Assembly (NCBI RefSeq): GCF_000143415.4
Contig: NW_003314275.1
Coordinates: 997,955-1,061,954, forward strand
Source: Selaginella moellendorffii
Lineage: Eukaryota > Plantae > Lycopodiophyta
Direction: 5' to 3'
DNA length: 64,000 nucleotides
Each line of letters begins with the position of its first letter. Position 1 is the first letter of the stretch. The notes below the pieces were generated by a model. The model made no database searches. It was not told the DNA's origin and saw only the letters and a program-made list of their open reading frames with translations. The position numbers were made by a program, and so were the translations under genes. Shown here one piece after another: positions 1 through 11,094 of the stretch.

Positions 1-903
1 GCGGATGGAATGGCGGTGCAGCTCTCCGGCACGCGCCAGAACACCGTAGGTAGGCTGCTCTACAGTATCCCTGTCAACATGCTCGATCTATCCAACAATC
101 CGGCCTCCTTCTCCACATTCTTCGAGTTCTCCATGGCCGCCTTCGCCGGCGATGGCCTCGCGTTCGTCATCGTCCCCGACAAGATCTCCATCGGCGCCAG
201 CGGCCCCTGGCTGGGATTGGTGAAAGAGGACGAGATCTCCAACCGGACGGCTATGGCGCCTCACACATTCGCGGTGGAGTTTGACAGCGTCATGAACATG
301 GAACTCCGGGATCCAAACAGCAACCACGTCGGCCTGGATGTGGAAACCATCGTCTCCACCGTCACTGCCAATGCCTCCGACATTGGATTGATCCTCAACG
401 ATGGCTCCAGGACCTTCGCGTGGATCCAGTTCGATGGATCGAGCAGCGAGCTAGACGTGAGGATCAGCAAGGATAGGAACTCCAGGCCGACGAAGCCGCT
501 GCTCTCGCACAAGCTAGATCTCAAATCAGTGCTCCGGCCGTGGATGTACGTGGGTTTTAGCTCCTCCACCGGCGAGGCCTCGCAGAAGCACAAGGTGTTC
601 TCCTGGAAGTTCTCCAGCGGCGGAAGTTCTTCCCCGAGTTCTTCAAGCCGGAGGAGGTGGCGAAATGAGATACTCCTACAGGGGATTCACTCGCTCCCGG
701 CGAATCCATTATCCCCCTCGGTCGCAAAAGAGGGAGAGGACGGATCATCAGAAGCCCCCCAGGTTTTGGATGATCACACTAGCAGCTTGGTGATTTTGGT
801 GGTGGGATTTACGTGTGGAGCGAGCGTTACGTTGTTTTTGCTTGCTGGTTGGGCTTTGATGCGTTCCAGATTTGATCACGATGCATATCAGGAGATCAAT
901 TAA
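1..903 (+). CDS. L-type (legume) lectin receptor-like protein with TM helix and no kinase; probably 5'-truncated by the window edge
   Basis: Lectin_legB motifs GDGLAFV, FAVEFDS, DPNSNHVGLD, WIQFD, MYVGFSSSTG, SWKF. These are followed by a Ser-rich stalk, a TM segment (LVILVVGFTCGASVTLFLLAGWALM) and a 13-aa tail. The frame is open from base 1 and no signal peptide is visible, so the start is likely upstream. Confidence 0.85.
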   Translation, partial: ADGMAVQLSGTRQNTVGRLLYSIPVNMLDLSNNPASFSTFFEFSMAAFAGDGLAFVIVPDKISIGASGPWLGLVKEDEISNRTAMAPHTFAVEFDSVMNMELRDPNSNHVGLDVETIVSTVTANASDIGLILNDGSRTFAWIQFDGSSSELDVRISKDRNSRPTKPLLSHKLDLKSVLRPWMYVGFSSSTGEASQKHKVFSWKFSSGGSSSPSSSSRRRWRNEILLQGIHSLPANPLSPSVAKEGEDGSSEAPQVLDDHTSSLVILVVGFTCGASVTLFLLAGWALMRSRFDHDAYQEIN

Positions 904-1301
904 CAGGCAACCTCAGCAATCTACTATGCAAGAAAGTCAATGTAGAGGTAAAGTCACATAGAGGTATGCTCTGCCTTATATATATATTCTTGTGTGGGAT
1001 GGTTCTTTTTCTTCTTCTTCCAAGTTTTGTTCGTTTTCTTCTTCTTTTTTTTTTTCCTTTTTTCCTATATTCTTTTCCTAGCCGGTTACCAAGTCAGTAT
1101 AATAGTTTTAATTCTTTTTAGAGGAGGCAAAAAGAAGGATTTTTACTCTCTTTTTTTCTATTTTCGAAGATCTTTTCTCTTGGCGTGTTTTTTCAAGCTA
1201 GAAGGCTCTGTAAATTATATCTACAATATAAGAATGTCCGTACTATTATGAATTGGTTCCGCATTTTCTCCGTACTTGTCGTTCGAACGAATCTGATTTT
1301 A

Positions 1302-1319
1302 GCATATGCTAGCATATAC
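1302..1319. promoter_or_regulatory. Two tandem P1BS-consensus sites (GNATATNC) upstream of eEF2
   Basis: GCATATGC at 1302-1309 and GCATATAC at 1312-1319, about 205 bp upstream of the ATG. Confidence 0.35.
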
Positions 1320-1426
1320 GCTTTTCGTGACCTAAAAAAGACGCTTTCGATCTGACGGTGGCCATGCATCCAACGGTTGTGAGCCGCTCCAGCGAGGATT
1401 TACATTGTGCGGCGCGCTCCAGTGCG

Positions 1427-1434
1427 TAGGGTTT
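1427..1434 (-). promoter_or_regulatory. Telo-box (AAACCCTA) in eEF2 promoter/5'UTR
   Basis: TAGGGTTT about 90 bp upstream of the ATG; telo-boxes are typical of plant translation-apparatus genes. Confidence 0.55.
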
Positions 1435-1522
1435 CTTGGCGGTCGTAGGCGGCGGCGGCAGAGGCTAGGCGGCCGGATTTTCCTCTCCTTAGCAGCGCGA
1501 GCGATCTCAATCGCCTGCCAAG

Positions 1523-4173
1523 ATGGTGAGTGATTCCTCTGGAATTCGTAGCGGATTCTGACATCGTGATGCTCTTTCCAGGTGAAATTCACGGCAGAAG
1601 AGCTGCGCCGGATCATGGACAAGAAGCACAACATCCGGAACATGTCTGTGATTGCTCATGTCGATCACGGTGAGTTTCTTCTAGATTTTCCATCCATTCA
1701 GTAGCTAAAGCTCGTCGATCTGAAATTTTCGCCAGGAAAATCCACCCTGACGGATTCCCTGGTTGCGGCCGCTGGGATTATCGCCCAGGAGGTGGCTGGA
1801 GACGTCCGGATGACCGATACACGCCAAGATGAGGCCGAGCGTGGAATCACTATCAAGTCGACTGGAATTTCCCTCTACTACGAGATGAGCGAGGAGTCTT
1901 TGAAAGCTTTCAAGGGGGAGCGAGATGGCTACGAGTACCTGATCAATTTGATCGACTCTCCAGGGCACGTCGACTTTTCATCCGAGGTCACAGCTGCTTT
2001 GCGAATCACTGACGGTGCTCTGGTGGTGGTGGACTGTGTGGAGGGTGTCTGCGTCCAGACAGAGACTGTTCTTCGGCAGGCACTGGGAGAGAGGATCAGG
2101 CCGGTTTTGACAGTGAACAAGATGGACAGGTGTTTCCTCGAGCTCCAAGTCGATGGCGAGGAAGCTTACCAGACTTTTCAGCGCGTTATCGAGAACGCCA
2201 ACGTTATCATGGCTACTTACGAGGACGCGCTCCTCGGCGACGTCCAGGTCTACCCAGAGAAGGGGACGGTGGCGTTTTCGGCTGGTCTCCACGGCTGGGC
2301 CTTCACCCTGACCAACTTCGCCAAGATGTACGCGTCCAAGTTCAACGTGGACGAGAAGAAGATGATGGAGAGGCTTTGGGGAGAGAACTTCTTTGATCCG
2401 GCGACGAAGAAGTGGACGTCGAAGAACACTGGCTCCCCCACCTGCGTCCGTGGCTTCGTGCAGTTCATCTACAATCCCATCAAGCAGATCATCGCCATCT
2501 GTATGAACGATCAGAAGGACAAGCTGTGGCCCATGCTCCAGAAGCTCAACGTTACGCTGAAGAACGAGGACAAGGAGCTTGTTGGCAAGCCGCTCATGAA
2601 GCGTGTCATGCAGACGTGGCTGCCCGCTAGCGACGCGCTCCTGGAAATGATGGTGTATCATCTGCCATCTCCAGCCAAGGCCCAGAGGTACCGTGTGGAG
2701 AACCTCTACGAGGGACCCCTGGACGACAAGTACGCTGCTGCCATCAGGAACTGCGATCCCGAAGGACCCCTGATGCTCTACGTTTCCAAGATGATTCCGG
2801 CTTCGGACAAGGGCAGGTTCTTTGCTTTCGGACGAGTCTTCGCGGGCAAGGTGTCCACGGGCTTGAAGGTTCGCATCATGGGACCGAACTACATTCCCGG
2901 GCAGAAGAAGGATCTGTACGTGAAGAGCGTACAGAGGACAGTTATCTGGATGGGCAAGAAGCAGGAGTCCGTGGAGGATGTTCCCTGTGGTAACACGGTG
3001 GCCATGGTTGGGCTGGACCAGTTCATCACCAAGAATGCGACCCTGACCAACGACACGGAGAGCGACGCTCATCCCATCCGGGCCATGAAGTTCTCCGTCT
3101 CCCCGGTTGTCCGCGTTGCCGTCCAGTGCAAGGTGGCGTCCGACTTGCCGAAGCTGGTGGAGGGTCTCAAGCGGCTGGCCAAGTCGGACCCCATGGTGGT
3201 GTGCACGATGGCAGAGTCTGGCGAGCACATCATCGCCGGAGCTGGCGAGCTCCACCTGGAGATTTGCCTCAAGGATCTCCAGGACGACTTCATGGGTGGC
3301 GCCGAGATCAAGGTGTCGGACCCGGTGGTGTCTTTCCGGGAGACGGTGCTGGAGAGGTCCCGGCAGGTGATGAGCAAGTCGCCCAACAAGCACAACCGGC
3401 TCTACTTCGAGGCCCGGCCGCTGGAGGACGGCCTGGCGGAGGCTATCGACGACGGCAAGGTCGGGCCACGCGACGACCCCAAAGTTCGCTCCAAGATCCT
3501 GGCGGAGGAATTCGGGTGGGACAAGGACCTGGCGAAGAAGATCTGGTGCTTTGGTCCCGAGACCAACGGACCCAACCTGGTGGTGGACATGTGTAAGGGA
3601 GTCCAGTACCTGAACGAGATCAAGGACTCGGTGGTGGCGGCGTTCCAGTGGGCTTCCAAGGAGGGCGCGGTCGCGGAGGAGAACATGAGAGGCATCGCGT
3701 TCGAGGTTTGCGACGTGGTGCTCCACACGGACGCGATCCACAGGGGCGGCGGGCAGATCATCCCGACGGCCAGGAGGGTGATGTATGCGTCGCAGCTGTG
3801 CGGCAAGCCGAGGCTGCTGGAGCCAGTCTACCTGGTGGAGATCCAGGCGCCGGAGCAAGCGCTGGGAGGGATCTATGGAGTGCTCAACCAGAAGCGTGGG
3901 CACGTAACGGAGGAGGTCCAGAGGCCCGGGACGCCGCTCTACAACGTGAAGGCGTTCTTGCCGGTTATCGAGAGCTTTGGGTTCTCGACGGAGCTGCGAG
4001 CGGCCACGTCCGGGCAGGCGTTCCCGCAGTGCGTGTTTGATCACTGGGATATGTTGAGCAGTGATCCCATGGATCCGGGGACGCAGGCCGGGGTGATTGC
4101 GGCACAGATCAGGAAGAGGAAGGGGCTCAAGGATACCATCACGCCGCTCAGCGAGTACGAGGACAAGCTATAA
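1523..4173 (+). CDS. EEF2: Eukaryotic translation elongation factor 2; exons 1523-1525, 1582-1669, 1736-4173
   Basis: Spliced N-terminus M|[30 protein letters not shown]|KSTLTDSL with GT-AG introns. Also [19 protein letters not shown], the diphthamide loop [12 protein letters not shown] and C-terminal YEDKL. Confidence 0.98.
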
Positions 4174-4593
4174 GAAACTATCGGGGAGAGAGAGAGAACA
4201 CAAGTTTTTATATGCTACTTTTACTTTTTCTTTTTTTGGTTTGTTTTTTGTTTTAATTTATTTTTCTGAAAACAATTCAGAATAGTTAAATATGAGAATA
4301 TTTAACTGATATATTGTATTAAACAGAAGAGGGTTTGAAAAGTCTTAAACCATAAGATTCTAACAGAGCCCAGTTTGATTCTCGTGGTTAATGAGAGACA
4401 AGCAAGGAGAACCAAAGTTTGATAAATTTGGTTAGGTGGACTAAGTATGATTACAGATGAGAAAAGGATTGTTAGGCACCATAGAATTTAAAAGAGTTTA
4501 GAAAGAGCCTTACAATCCCTTTTCAGTTGGGTTAGGGTGTAAGGGATAAATCAATGTAATTATTTATAATTCATAATCGGAGAACACATCGAA

Positions 4594-4610
4594 TTAGGGT
4601 TTAGGGTTTT
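4594..4610 (-). promoter_or_regulatory. Double telo-box / telomere-repeat motif directly before the ATG of the NTPase-nuclease gene
   Basis: TTAGGGTTTAGGGTTTT immediately 5' of ATG 4611. Confidence 0.45.
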
Positions 4611-7173
4611 ATGATGGAGAAGCAGAAGAGGTACGGCATGAAGAGGAGGTCGCCCTGCTGCGGCTCCGTTTCCGTAAGTCTTGAAGATGCCAAGGCTGGG
4701 ATCAACAAGATGAAGGCTCTGAAGTGGGAGGATCTGCTTGTGGTTGGCAAAGTAACTTCCCTGCCCTATCCAGGGATGGGCAATCCACCTTCCAGGCCAG
4801 GAGGACCCTTTGACTTTGTCGGCATGGCTGATCTGCAGGAGGTACTCGACTGCTTGACGGATCTTGGTGCTGGGAAGGCGCTTCTCGTGGAGGGTCCAAG
4901 AGGCATCGGCAAAAGCTGCATTCTCATGGCGTTGGCGTGGATTCACATCGTGCAAGCAAATGATCATCAGAAGGTGCTGTGCATCTGGGCAATGGAGGCC
5001 GCCCTCCGCGTGGGCAGTCTGGTGGATGTTGTCAAAGACGGCCTGCGTTTCGCATACTGCTTTCAGGACAGCGTGCTGGCGGAGATCGAGAGCCTCCGTT
5101 CCATGGCAGGGATCGTGGAGTTCATCCGAAGCCGCAAGTTGAAGGGGGACATTTTCTCTTTGATAGTTGACGGAGCCGAATACATGGATGCCCAGGATCT
5201 CACCGGGGCTGCGAAGGTGGAAAGGCAGGAACTGAGAAACAGCGTGAATAGTCTTGCGAACGAGGCTTTTAAGCGTGTGTACGGGGCCCCCATTGTACCG
5301 TGGAACAAGATGCACCCTGAGATGTCAGTAGTAGTCAGGTTACGGGATGGCTTTGCTAATGTAAGTGTGGCTTTACCTTCCAGAATGCTTCAATCTCATA
5401 TGTGGTTTAATTGTGCAGGAGGAGTATGACGCCTATGTCGGCAAGGTTTCTGTACTGAAAGCTGTCTGCTTGGCTTTTCCCGGCTATGCGGACCTCATCG
5501 ACTATTATGGCGGTCAGCATCCCCTGTCGCTGGCTGTTCTGGACTATAGCTTCAGGAAGCGAGCCGCATCGAAGCTGACACGCTGGGGTACTTGGTCATC
5601 ACGGGTTCAGACGCCAGACAATAAGCAGACCCTTGAGCTATTACCGGATGCTGAAGACATTCAAGCAGCACTGGACATGTTTGTCAGTTCATCAGAGGTT
5701 GAAGCCATCCGGGAGTCGATAGCGGTTTTGCTCACAAAATACAGGGAACACGGGGTGGTCATGGCTTCATTATATAGCCAGGATGAGATGATTGAGCTGG
5801 ACGCCAGATATGCAGTTGAGGGAGGAGACTACTGCACGCAGTTCATCAAAAGGATATACGTTGAAGAGTTTCGGAGCGCAGACAGGCTCTTTGGTGGTGC
5901 GCCAGCGTGGTTGCCTTACTGCAAGTACCTGCTTAAGAATCCTGTTGGAGTGAACTGGGCTGAGATGGGCTGGTTGTGCGAGCACTTGATAGGGGATGCT
6001 CTCCTGATGGGAGGGGGATTGGATCTGGACGGCTTCCACGTGCAGAATGTGAGATCTCGGGGGTTCACTACTGTCCCCAAGTTTGCATATTGGCGCTCCG
6101 AAGTAGGCGATGGTGTTTTCTTCATTCCTCTCAAGTACAACTATGGTTCCATCGATGGGCTACTTGTCATCCGAATCCAGGGGAAGCTGCATCTCTTCGC
6201 AATCCAGATCACGGTGAACGCCAGCAGGCATTACCACAGCGCCGAAGAGTTCATGAACCTGTCAGTGGTGGAGGAATGGATCCCCAACATACTGGCAAAG
6301 CGTGACGAGTGGGAGCTGCATTTCGTTTTTGTCTGCTGCGAGAGCAAGGCTGCGGTCAAAGTTGCGCCGGAACTCAAGGCGACGAGGAGTGGCAGCGCTT
6401 TCGGCACCTTGGCTTACACCATGCATCAGGTTACTTTCCAGTCGCTGCTAGCTAACTCGATCAGCAGCGACTTGAAGACAGTGTTAGAAGAGATAGCGAT
6501 TAGGCGAACGCCAGGAGAGGAAAGAGACTCTGCACCAGCTGGAGCAGCAGGAGCAGCAGCACAAACTACGGCAGCGGGGCCCAAATTGGTGGAGAGGTTG
6601 CTTGCTTACTCAAACCGCAAGAAGCTCAACCAGATTGCGCAAGACGAAGGCGTTGCTTTGGATCCTAAACTGAAGAAGCCGGAGTTTGTTCTGCAACTGG
6701 CAGCAAAGCTTGCGTGCAAGGATGGTGATGGGGACAGTGAGGGAGGCGCAGCGCAGAGCCAGGGCTGCAAGAAGGCCGAGGAGGCGGGAAACTCCAAGAA
6801 GCGATCGAATCCCAAGGATGCCGCTGGAGCTACTGGAGATGCGGCTGCTGCCTCCGCAAAGAAGAAGAAGAAGATCAAGGATGGTAATGGGGACAGTGAG
6901 GCGGGCCAGGGCGAGGCCGGGAGCTCTAAGAAGGCCGAGGAGGCGGGAAGCTCCAAGAAGCAATCGAAGCCACTGGAACGGTTGGAGAAGAAGAACAACG
7001 AGATAAAGGATGGTGATGGAGGCGCAGCGCAGGGCCAGGGCAAGGCCGGGAGCTCCAAGAAGGCCGAGGAGGCGGGAAGCTTGAAGAAGCGATCAAAGCC
7101 CAAGGATGCTGCTTTAGATGCCGCTGCTGCCTCCGCGAAGAAGAACAAGAATGATTTCTTTTCTAACCGTTGA
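4611..7173 (+). CDS. P-loop NTPase + PD-(D/E)xK-like (restriction endonuclease fold) protein, Crinkler/RHS (CR)-type architecture, about 834 aa; exons 4611-5360 and 5419-7173
   Basis: Two long ORFs joined in frame by a 58-nt GTAAG...TGCAG intron (DGFAN|EEYDAY). Walker A LLVEGPRGIGKS, Walker B FSLIVDGAE, and nuclease-like motif GWLCEHLI...FFIPLKYNYGSIDGLLV...HLFAIQITV. A helix-extension-helix-like segment and Lys-rich repeats follow. Confidence 0.75.
6718..7150 (+). repeat. Three imperfect coding repeats (about 43-53 aa) in the NTPase-nuclease C-terminus
   Basis: KDGDG...KKAEEAG(N/S)SKK(R/Q)S(N/K)P... occurs three times, with basic NLS-like clusters (KKKKKIK, KKRSK). Confidence 0.85.
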
Positions 7174-9270
7174 TCTAATGGGAGCCGTCCGATCCAGCCC
7201 TTGTTCATTAGAAATTGTCGGGTATGGCGATCGCCATGGGAGATGGAAAGCAAGTTTGACGATAAGCAAATCGACGAAGAAATGGGTTTATTTATGTATT
7301 GTTATATATTCCCCTGTTCTTTGTGCTGGAGGGGGTTTTATTTGGACATCTAGTTAGCAAGCAGGGTATCTAGATATATAGGTCAATGGAACACCTTGCT
7401 CATGTTCCTATACTGTCTTTTGTATCTCAAGTCTAATGGTTCTTAGGGGAAATTGGCTTCTTTCCTGGTTTATATGTGGCTTTGCAAGGGATGGTGAGCT
7501 CACTAGTAAATACAGTCAATTGTGTGTCCTTTAAAGCAAACCTTGCTAGAAAAATAAAAATAAAAAAATGTATTGTCAATTAGTTTGAGATGAACTTATA
7601 TTTTCTGATCTTATATATAAAAAAAACAGAAGCATTCATTTTGGATTTATTTTGAAGCATCTTCTCCTCTTTCCAACAAGTTAAAAAATGCACAATTTAG
7701 TGGAGAATCAAGCCATATATGCAAGTATTTTTCTCTTGCATTTCCCCCAACTTTGCACCAATTTGGAGAACTGTTTGTATAGATATTTAGATCTAGTTAT
7801 AAAGATTCCAAAATATACTTTCTTAATAAGCAAAATGTAAGTTAAGAGATCTTTCACTTTTTCTCATTTTTTTCTTCATTCCCTCTTCCCAGTTGTGTCC
7901 TAAAGCTTTAAGAGTGAGATTTCTTGAATGTTCTTTAAAATTTCTTTTATGGATCTCTTCCTTTGCTTCCTAGCTTCCTTTCTTGCAAAAGAATTTGCCA
8001 AAAATAATGACTTTTATTGTTGTTTATCTTACAAACTATATACCTGTGACTTTAAAGAGTTCTTTCTTATTTCATCATCATTTTCATCTTTTTTAAGCAT
8101 GTTGGATAAATCTCTTTTAGATCTTTCAGCCATGTGCTTACATGCAAGGTTTAATTGCAAGATGAGGAATTTTGAGTGGTTTCCCACTCATATTCATTTG
8201 CTTTGAGTAAAAAGAGTGGTTTCAGTTGTTTTTCATGCAGTTATAAGCAATTTAGACTTTCTATAGAAGTATAGTTGCCTTCTTACGCACTTATCCTCAC
8301 TATTTTTAGTGCTCTTAAGCTTGAGATATTCATATTTGTTTGCCTTTGTGAGCTTGTGGGTGACAATTTTTAAGTTTCTTTTCAGATTTTATAGCTATTT
8401 ATTTTGGCTGTAAGATTATATCAACTTTAAAGATTCACATCTAACGACTTTAGGATTGTTTCCTAGTCAGTCCTCCCCTTTATTCTTCACTTTCTAGTCT
8501 TGTTTCCTTGGGTTTGGGATAATTCTTAAGAAATTTGTATTGTGGAGACTAACAAAATAAAATATCAATCTCTAATAGATTATAACTAATCACCAACCAT
8601 ATAAATCACCATAGATGAAAAATCTCAAGTTCTATAATATGCCTATGGAAAAACATCTTATCTCATTTCAATCTCAACTTTCACAATATCAATATCAAAG
8701 CATCACTTCAATATCATCAACACCAAAACAAAACTAAAAAAAAGCAAGAGAGAATCACCATTCAAAGCTCTTTAGCAACTAAATTAACCAAAGTCAAAGA
8801 TTAGTATTAATCCATTATCAATACCTAATTACAAATAACACATAATTAAGGAGTAAATTACTATATTCAAACACAAGAAGACATGAAAAATCATGAAACC
8901 CTAAAATCCTCTTCAATACCATCTAGTAAGTAAATCCACTGGAAAGTGTTAGTAGTCCTCAATTAAGTCTCTTCTAATTGCCTTTATAAGACCTAAATAT
9001 CAAACTCACATCATCAAGTCATATAAATACATTAGATCCAATATATAGGAATATGGATAAGTATAAACAAGATAACAACTCAAATTCTATTGTACTACTA
9101 TAAGCCTATGATAAATGCTTGGAAGTTTGGCTCCATATTGCCTTTGACACATGTATCCAAGGATTAAGTTCTACTCTATGGTTATACTATGGTAAATTAC
9201 CATAAAATATAAGGTGAAAACCACATGATTACAATGTTGGTCATTCTTCCCTATTCTTTATTCTAGGAAT

Positions 9271-9430
9271 TGACAAGTGTGCAAGTTCTGCACTGCCAAA
9301 CTCTTTACATGACCTTTGGTGAATTGTGTCAATAACTAGATGATTATAGTTAGGGTCTTTGTTGATGATATTTGGGATGATGTATGTCAAGTTATTGTAT
9401 CTTGGCAGTGCAAAACTTGCACACTCATCA
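9271..9430. repeat. 29-bp inverted repeat with about 100-bp spacer (MITE-like or hairpin)
   Basis: TGACAAGTGTGCAAGTTCTGCACTGCCAA (9271-9299) versus TTGGCAGTGCAAAACTTGCACACTCATCA (9402-9430), 3 mismatches. Confidence 0.7.
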
Positions 9431-9934
9431 GCTTGTGTAATGTTGTGATGGCAAGAGTAATAGCAAAAAACATAGAAAACCTATAATAAAATAAAGAGGC
9501 AAACAATTTAAAATGAGCCTCTTAAATTCAACCCATTAGCATCTTTTGTTCTGACAAAAATGTTCAAGAGTAGGCAGCCCAATGCAAACTCAACTATTCT
9601 AAAGTTATCATTTTCCATCATTATCGCAAGAAGACCTTCCTAAAATTCAATCCAAGTTCAAGCTTGAGCGTGAGCAAGAGCCAAGTCTGAATGTGAGTCT
9701 GAGCAAAAACTTGAGTACATGCTTGAGCCCAAGGGGTTGTAGGTCTGGGGTCAAAATGTTATCATATCAAGATCTGGGGTCAAAATGTTGTCCAATTTTG
9801 CTGCAAGATCGTTGCCTATCAAGCTTGCAAAGATCTATAGTAAAGTACATGGATTTGTGAATGGTTCTTGTAAAGGACAAATTAGTACACAATCAAAGAA
9901 GGTTTAGTGGAGCTTGCACTGCTTTACAAGGCCA

Positions 9935-10108
9935 TGGTCTTCATTGGTGCTACAAGTGACACAATCAGGTATTTGTGCAATGCAATTGGATCTGCTTCAC
10001 CCGTGAAAAGGAACAGTATTGTGGTCTCCATTGGTGCTACAAGTTACACAATCAGGTATTTGTGCAATGCAACTGGATCTGCTTCACCCGTGAAAAGGAA
10101 CAGTATTG
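9935..10108. repeat. 87-bp tandem duplication
   Basis: Units start at 9935 and 10022 (TGGTCT..CATTGGTGCTACAAGT.ACACAATCAGGTATTTGTGCAATGCAA..GGATCTGCTTCACCCGTGAAAAGGAACAGTATTG). Confidence 0.9.
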
Positions 10109-11094
10109 TTGGAGTTAACTCCATGCTAGGATCATGTTCATTCTCTGTTATATCACTAGAATCTGCTCCAAAAGAACCTTTAGTGTCAAATGTGTCACTG
10201 TTGTTATCATGAGGCTTGTCTCCACACAAACTAGTGTGCAGCTCCTTCACATGTTCCAGAGTGATTGTAGGCAATCCTAGGTAGCCTGGAGTGCTAGTGA
10301 AGAGGCCAAACTATTGATCTTGTCCACTGGAAATGTATTGTCACCATTCTTGGGTATCTGCTCCAACATTGTTGGAGAATCTTGTCTACAATTTCCATGA
10401 TCTGTGAAGAGGTTTTGGAGTGTCTACTGAGCTGAAGGAAAGTCCCATGGTAGTAGAGTTTGGTCGAGCAAAGTGAGAGTAACCACACAGTAGTAAACTT
10501 CCTATAGCTCGCTTTCCTTATGCACCATAGGATCTAAATGCCCCACAGCTACTTGTGCAGCCCCACTGATGGAAAACTCACACAAAGTTTTCCATAGGGC
10601 TAGTGGGAATCATGCGTATCCCAGTATGTAATCCATCCCGTGATACATCCAAACGGGCTTGGCAGTTATCTCGGGCCACGGTTCTCCATCTTCATATCTC
10701 GTTTCTTCTGCCAGAGGCAAGTCGCTCAAAACGAAGAACGCATTATCTGGCCTTTTCTTCCTGTACACGTTATCACAGAAGGTGTAGTTACGGAATGAGA
10801 AGTCTTGTACTTGCTGCCACAGCCGCATGGTATCCCTCAGCCAGTAGTCCCAAATTGATAAACCCAATCCACCATAGTGGCTGCCGTACCCACCCGCCGT
10901 TGCTCAAACATCCAAGAAGGTTTTCAATATGCGTTGACACCTTCTCACAGTACTCAAGCTGTATGTATGGGAATAGATGTCCAACAATTCGAATTGAAAG
11001 AACTGCCTGATCCGTCAACTTTCTCTATTCCCGTATATTCTACTATATTTATGAGATTAGACGACGTAATTAGTTTTATGCTTGAGCACCACTC

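Noticed and set aside
994-1251. Phe-rich 85-aa ORF
   Set aside because: Translation of a poly-pyrimidine intergenic tract
1978-4044. 688-aa antisense ORF over eEF2
   Set aside because: Exact shadow of a GC3-rich conserved gene; no recognisable domain
6606-7253. 215-aa hydrophobic antisense ORF
   Set aside because: Shadow of the Lys/Ala/Gly-rich repeat tail of the plus-strand gene
4200-7620. TIRs or TSDs flanking the NTPase-nuclease gene
   Set aside because: Looked for and not found by eye, so current mobility is not supported
7600-9230. AT-rich, strand-skewed region possibly from a LINE 3' end or other TE
   Set aside because: Only vague motif resemblance (KVYFGIFITRSKYLY); cannot support a family call
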